In this document: positions 48,022 through 52,382 of the stretch, piece after piece
How positions within the stretch are numbered: the first letter of the stretch is position 1
Layout of the letters: every line of letters starts with the position of its first letter
DNA from: Paraglomus brasilianum
Lineage: Eukaryota
NCBI GenBank assembly: GCA_910592345.1
Contig: CAJVPI010000117.1
Span: 1-52,382 of the forward strand
Reading direction: 5' to 3'
Length of the DNA stretch: 52,382 nt
The notes under the pieces: generated by a model
What the model was told of the DNA's origin: nothing
The model's database searches: none
Seen by the model: only the letters and a program-made list of their open reading frames with translations
Position numbers and translations under genes: made by a program

Positions 48022-49896
48022 TTACTTGTCCCCAGCTTGCAACCCAGCATACTTTCCAATTTCTCTCAAAGCCTCAGCGGCAGTGCCAACCACACTTTCA
48101 ACTTTACACTCCTTTAACAACGTGATCAATCTCTCATGCACCCCCTTCCGCACCATTTTCTCAACTGCCCCTTCCAACGTTGCCATATTTTTAAATATCT
48201 CTGCTGCCCGATGCATCAGCTCTGGCGACTCATCATTCAACAAGTCCAACACGACATCAACTCCTCTCGGTCGATCAGCAATCATCTGGCATACATCCGG
48301 ACTAGTGGACAGGATAGCCAATGCTCCACTGGCAGCTCGACGTGTCTCAAAGTCATCGACGTCGGATAGAGCAAGCGTGATTTGGATTCTGTTCGATGCC
48401 GTAGACGGTGTACTATAAAGTGTAAAGACGGGTTCGCAAAACATCAAATTGCAAAGGCATTCCGTGGCTGCACGTCTGACTAACGTGTTATCCGAAAATT
48501 GCAGGTTTTCAATCACGGGTATTCCGTTCAAGGTATAAATGTGATGTCGCAATGCATCATCGACACTACATAAATTTGTGAGCGCCATCAAAGATTCAAA
48601 TTGGCATAATTCGTTTTCACTTTTGCACAAATTGAGAAAAGGACGAACGAGATCCGATGCATTAGTACTATGAAATGCGAGTCTTGGGTCCAATGAAATC
48701 GCAATCTTTGCTAATGCTTGTGTTGCCAGTGTTGATATGTTCTCGTCCGTAGACTTTGAAAGAATTGACGTTAATGTTTTGGCGCCGCTCTGTTGGACGA
48801 TTAAACCTCGATTCGTTTGGTCAGTCGCCAGATTCAAAAAGGCTTGTGCAACTAATTGAACAGTCGACTGGCTAGCTGTTTTTGTTAATGTATTTAGTAC
48901 GGAAATCCCTCCTAATGTAATTACTTTCTTGCATCGATTTATAACGTATTTCTCAGATTCCAATGGATCTGGATCTATTGTGGTTTGTTCGCCAGCGAGT
49001 TTACGTAGTTTAAGAGCCTGCTCTTCTGATTCTGTTAGTTTCTTTCGATATGCCGTAATATTTGCCATAATGACCGCTATACCATAGTTAATAGCAGTGT
49101 TCGGCTTGTCAGACGGCTTGACTAAACTAAAGAGCACCTTTAGAAGCGTTGGATGATTTGTGATCAATTCTTTTACCGGTGGCTTCAGACTAGCATATGC
49201 CAATCCTTCAATAGCATTAGCGCGTGCTTGGTCGCTCGAGTTGGCATCGATAACAAGATTCTGAAATAACTGAGTTAATTTCTCGCTAGTACTGTTACTG
49301 TCCTGATTGGAAATTGATTGCGAAGTTTCAGCTTTATTAGCTGCCTTGGCATCCAAAAGAATTTTCGTCAACGCCACCGATGCCGCCATTTTTATTCTCT
49401 CGTCTTTGCTGTTAACCATATTTGACAGACAGTTACTAAGCTTGACTCCAACCGTTATCCTACTATTATTGTGAGAACACGCTTGTGAAAGCGTTTCCAC
49501 CATTGCTAATTTAACGTCATCAGATTCGAATTCAATACAATCTTCAATATCTTCCAACAACCCCTCCTTATTCAGAATATTAGCGCCGGTCTGCGCATTT
49601 ACTTGGAATAGGGTTGTGAGCGCACTATATGCAAAGAGTTTGTCTTGTTTTTCAGTTGAATCGAGCCATTTGTTTATTATATCTTCACAGCGACGAGTGA
49701 GTGTGTCTGAAGGTTTCTCGAATAATTTTGAGATTATCACAGAAGCAATTGATTTCGATTGTTCTGTGGCTGATGGTGAACCGAATGTCTGAAGGATCAA
49801 TGAGAATGTATCTGATATTATGAGAGTATCTGCATAGTCTTCTTTAGTAACGATTGAGTGTAAGTGGGAGTTTAGAGCATCGACGCTCAATGCCAT
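48022..49896 (-). CDS. SHE4: UCS-domain myosin chaperone (She4/Rng3/Cro1/UNC-45 family), single exon
   Basis: ARM-repeat protein with AIEGLAYASLKPPVKE, RGLIVQQSGAK, ATQALAKIAISLDPRLAF, QFESLMALTNL, VRRAATECLCNL, RRAASGALAILS. Confidence 0.93.
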   Translation of the reverse strand: MALSVDALNSHLHSIVTKEDYADTLIISDTFSLILQTFGSPSATEQSKSIASVIISKLFEKPSDTLTRRCEDIINKWLDSTEKQDKLFAYSALTTLFQVNAQTGANILNKEGLLEDIEDCIEFESDDVKLAMVETLSQACSHNNSRITVGVKLSNCLSNMVNSKDERIKMAASVALTKILLDAKAANKAETSQSISNQDSNSTSEKLTQLFQNLVIDANSSDQARANAIEGLAYASLKPPVKELITNHPTLLKVLFSLVKPSDKPNTAINYGIAVIMANITAYRKKLTESEEQALKLRKLAGEQTTIDPDPLESEKYVINRCKKVITLGGISVLNTLTKTASQSTVQLVAQAFLNLATDQTNRGLIVQQSGAKTLTSILSKSTDENISTLATQALAKIAISLDPRLAFHSTNASDLVRPFLNLCKSENELCQFESLMALTNLCSVDDALRHHIYTLNGIPVIENLQFSDNTLVRRAATECLCNLMFCEPVFTLYSTPSTASNRIQITLALSDVDDFETRRAASGALAILSTSPDVCQMIADRPRGVDVVLDLLNDESPELMHRAAEIFKNMATLEGAVEKMVRKGVHERLITLLKECKVESVVGTAAEALREIGKYAGLQAGDK

Positions 49897-51856
49897 TTTT
49901 CTGCTCTATTCTGAAATGGGGAACAAGATGAAAGATTTCAGGGGGTTAAGGTCCCCATAATTTTTTAACGAATTACAATACAAACACGATGAATATACTG
50001 ATACCCGTGTTTAATGAAACTCAATTAAAGGCCGCACATGGGAGATGATTAGAGTAATGAGAGATAGCTCTTTAAGTGAGCTTATTGAGGCCTCTCTCGA
50101 TTCAGGTATATTACTGGACAATTGATAAATGAGAACATGATAGAAATATTATTAATTAATATATCACAATTTATTAACTCGAGTCGACAACACTTTTTTC
50201 ATGATAGTAACGGCCTATCCGCCCAATAACCAGAACTCACCCACAACGTATGAACAAAAGGTATTAGATAATACCTTTGTTCGATTGATACTTACAGTAT
50301 AATAATAATAATGACTCAAATGTGATTCCGAAAATAGCATACAGTCGGAATGTAATAATAACGCTATTGAATATTTTTCGGAAGTCATCTCAAACAATAA
50401 ACATACTGAGCAATTGATTAAACGTATATGGTATTTAAAGTTGTTGCATCCGCTCTCGTTATTGAATAATATGTCTGTCCAAGCCATACTTTTTTGCTGA
50501 AGTAAATGAGGTGATGATCTCCGGCTTTGAATCAAGACATAACGCTAATTCTATTTTTAAGGCTTCTGTTATTATGAATGCAATAAAAACTTCTGTTTGA
50601 TCATAACAGTCTTATTGTAAAAGAACGTTTATTTATGTGCCTCATTATTATAATTTATCTGCCACAAAAACCTAAGTACAGTATTACTCTATTTAAAAAG
50701 GCTTTATTATTATACACTTTGTTGTCGTAAAAAATTTTATCTGAGAATTTCGGCGGTTTGTGAGCATGAATATATTTACAAATAACGGAACCATGCCTTT
50801 TCGTCGGACGTAAAATTATCTTCATATTCATATTATTATCTTGAATGAAGAATAATAATAAGGCTGATAAGGAAAAAATCCCGCCATTACTAATACTAGT
50901 TACTGGTAGATCAGAAATTGATAGTGTGCCCAGCGGGATATCCTGGAACCTCGCTAAATGAACGTCTTATACATAAAAACAGCTGAAACTCCCTATTGCT
51001 CGTAATCAGTTTGTAATCGTTTGCAATCTTCTGTAATCTTCTGTAATCGCCCAGTAATCGGTTCGTACGTCTCGGGCTTCGCAAAGGAAATTACAACTTG
51101 GCAACTAGCGCATCGATCTCTACTCTCTCGGCCTGAATGATAAGACATCGCTCTCAGAAACATTCGAAGCACAATAATTACCTTGTGAAGTCCGATACTT
51201 ATTTCAATTCAAGAACAGCAATTCACAATATTCAATATAAAAATATGCATTTCTATTATTCTTCGCTGTATGTACGGTAAGAATTTCGATCTGAAAAAGG
51301 AACCTGTTGATTTTCATCCGCAGGGCAATGTACAGTCAAAGCTCGAAAAACCGATCTGTTTTCGGTTTTCCACGAAAATCCGGACATTTTATTGGTGGAA
51401 GCAATTACATAAAAAATTCGCTAACGCTAACCATTAATCTTGTAATATTGGAATTCATAGAAATTGTGATAACATATGATGAAACTAATTGACTATCGAA
51501 GCCACTGTTGATAGTAAACTTTAATTCCTGTTATACAAAAAATAACATTCTACTACGTTGTACATAGCCGTATACAGTATTTTTAACGCCACACAAGCAT
51601 GGCGCAATGATCTGTTCGGACCATAAGCCTTGTTGAAAACGAAGAGGTGGTTAACCTCGCTGTGCTCAGAAACCATATTCAATTGAGAAAATTTTCAGAC
51701 TAATTATATTTACGTAAAATATTAGTCAATATTCGGAACTAGCAGACACTTGGGTATGACATATAAAACTACATATGTTCGTTGCATGCTTTAACATTGG
51801 AAAATCACTTATCGGATACACTTTTCATTATTATCAAACAAATGAAATTTTACTAG

Positions 51857-52382
51857 GAAATTGGACACTCCAATACCAAGAACAAGGGGAAAGAGAAGCA
51901 GCGTGATAATGGAGAAACTAAAAATGTGTCTGAGATAGACCTCATTGTCTTTGAAAGTGACAGCGATAATAATGATGACGATGACGATGAAGATTACGAA
52001 CAAATGTTTACTGCAAATTTGAACAATGTGGAATTAAATACTCAATTAACTACAACCTTAGAATCGATTGTCAATGGGAAAGGCAGAGCAAGTCATTTTA
52101 TTAAATTATCCAACCTGTTGCTGTCATCCGGTACTAAATTAGAGGATGATCAATTGAGAAATGCTTTGGAAACGATTGGAACTAATTTTGCATATAATAA
52201 CTACAAAGTGTCCACTGGTATTGAATTGGAATTGCATCTTAGAACATATATATTAGCTTTAGAAGCATATGGCAGACGACTTGTTAAGATGGAAAAGGAA
52301 TTATATGAAAGTTTGCATGAGAATCTTACAAAATTGTATGATGTTCATCAGCATTACACCAAAATATTAGAAAAAGGTTTAC
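51857..52382 (+). CDS. Partial exon of an unidentified protein running off the window end
   Basis: Frame open from a TAG acceptor at 51856 to the window end (EIGHSNTK...DDDDDEDYEQMFTANL...KILEKGL); not in the ORF track because it has no stop. Confidence 0.55.

Noticed and set aside
51000..51062. Short (TCTGTAATC)-like repeats
   Set aside because: Real but brief and degenerate; cannot be tied to an element.
51809..52003. Minus-strand hydrophobic 64 aa ORF
   Set aside because: Shadow of the acidic plus-strand exon starting at 51857.

Overview
AT-rich, intron-containing eukaryotic DNA whose gene content points to an early-diverging fungus, most likely Glomeromycotina/Mucoromycota (inference). 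About ten apparently intact host genes are present: a BTB-BACK protein, a Glo3-type ArfGAP, a flavin-containing monooxygenase, a DEK-like SAP protein with an HMG box, an unknown multipass membrane protein, an Ivy1-like I-BAR protein, a Skg3/Caf120-like PH protein, a zinc metallopeptidase with a jacalin-like domain, a presenilin with an N-terminal MYND finger, and a She4/UCS myosin chaperone. They are separated by islands of decayed mobile DNA at about 1-9 kb, 17.4-24.2 kb and 32.6-34.9 kb. The most unusual system is at 1-2810: a compact, intronless, co-oriented cluster with a frameshifted D5/SF3 primase-helicase, an ORF with a viral 2-cysteine-adaptor-like motif, and an ORF running off the window. 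It looks like an endogenised DNA virus or linear-plasmid-like element cut off by a DDD-transposase remnant. Other highlights are a Crinkler-type NTPase+REase pseudogene beside a roughly 1.5 kb CpG-free tract, a deletion-riddled duplicate of the FMO 5' end and promoter, a structured 67-68 bp repeat array, and three unusual domain fusions (DEK+HMG, MYND+presenilin, BTB-BACK+HTH-like). All family calls come from motif recognition by eye; no database searches were run.
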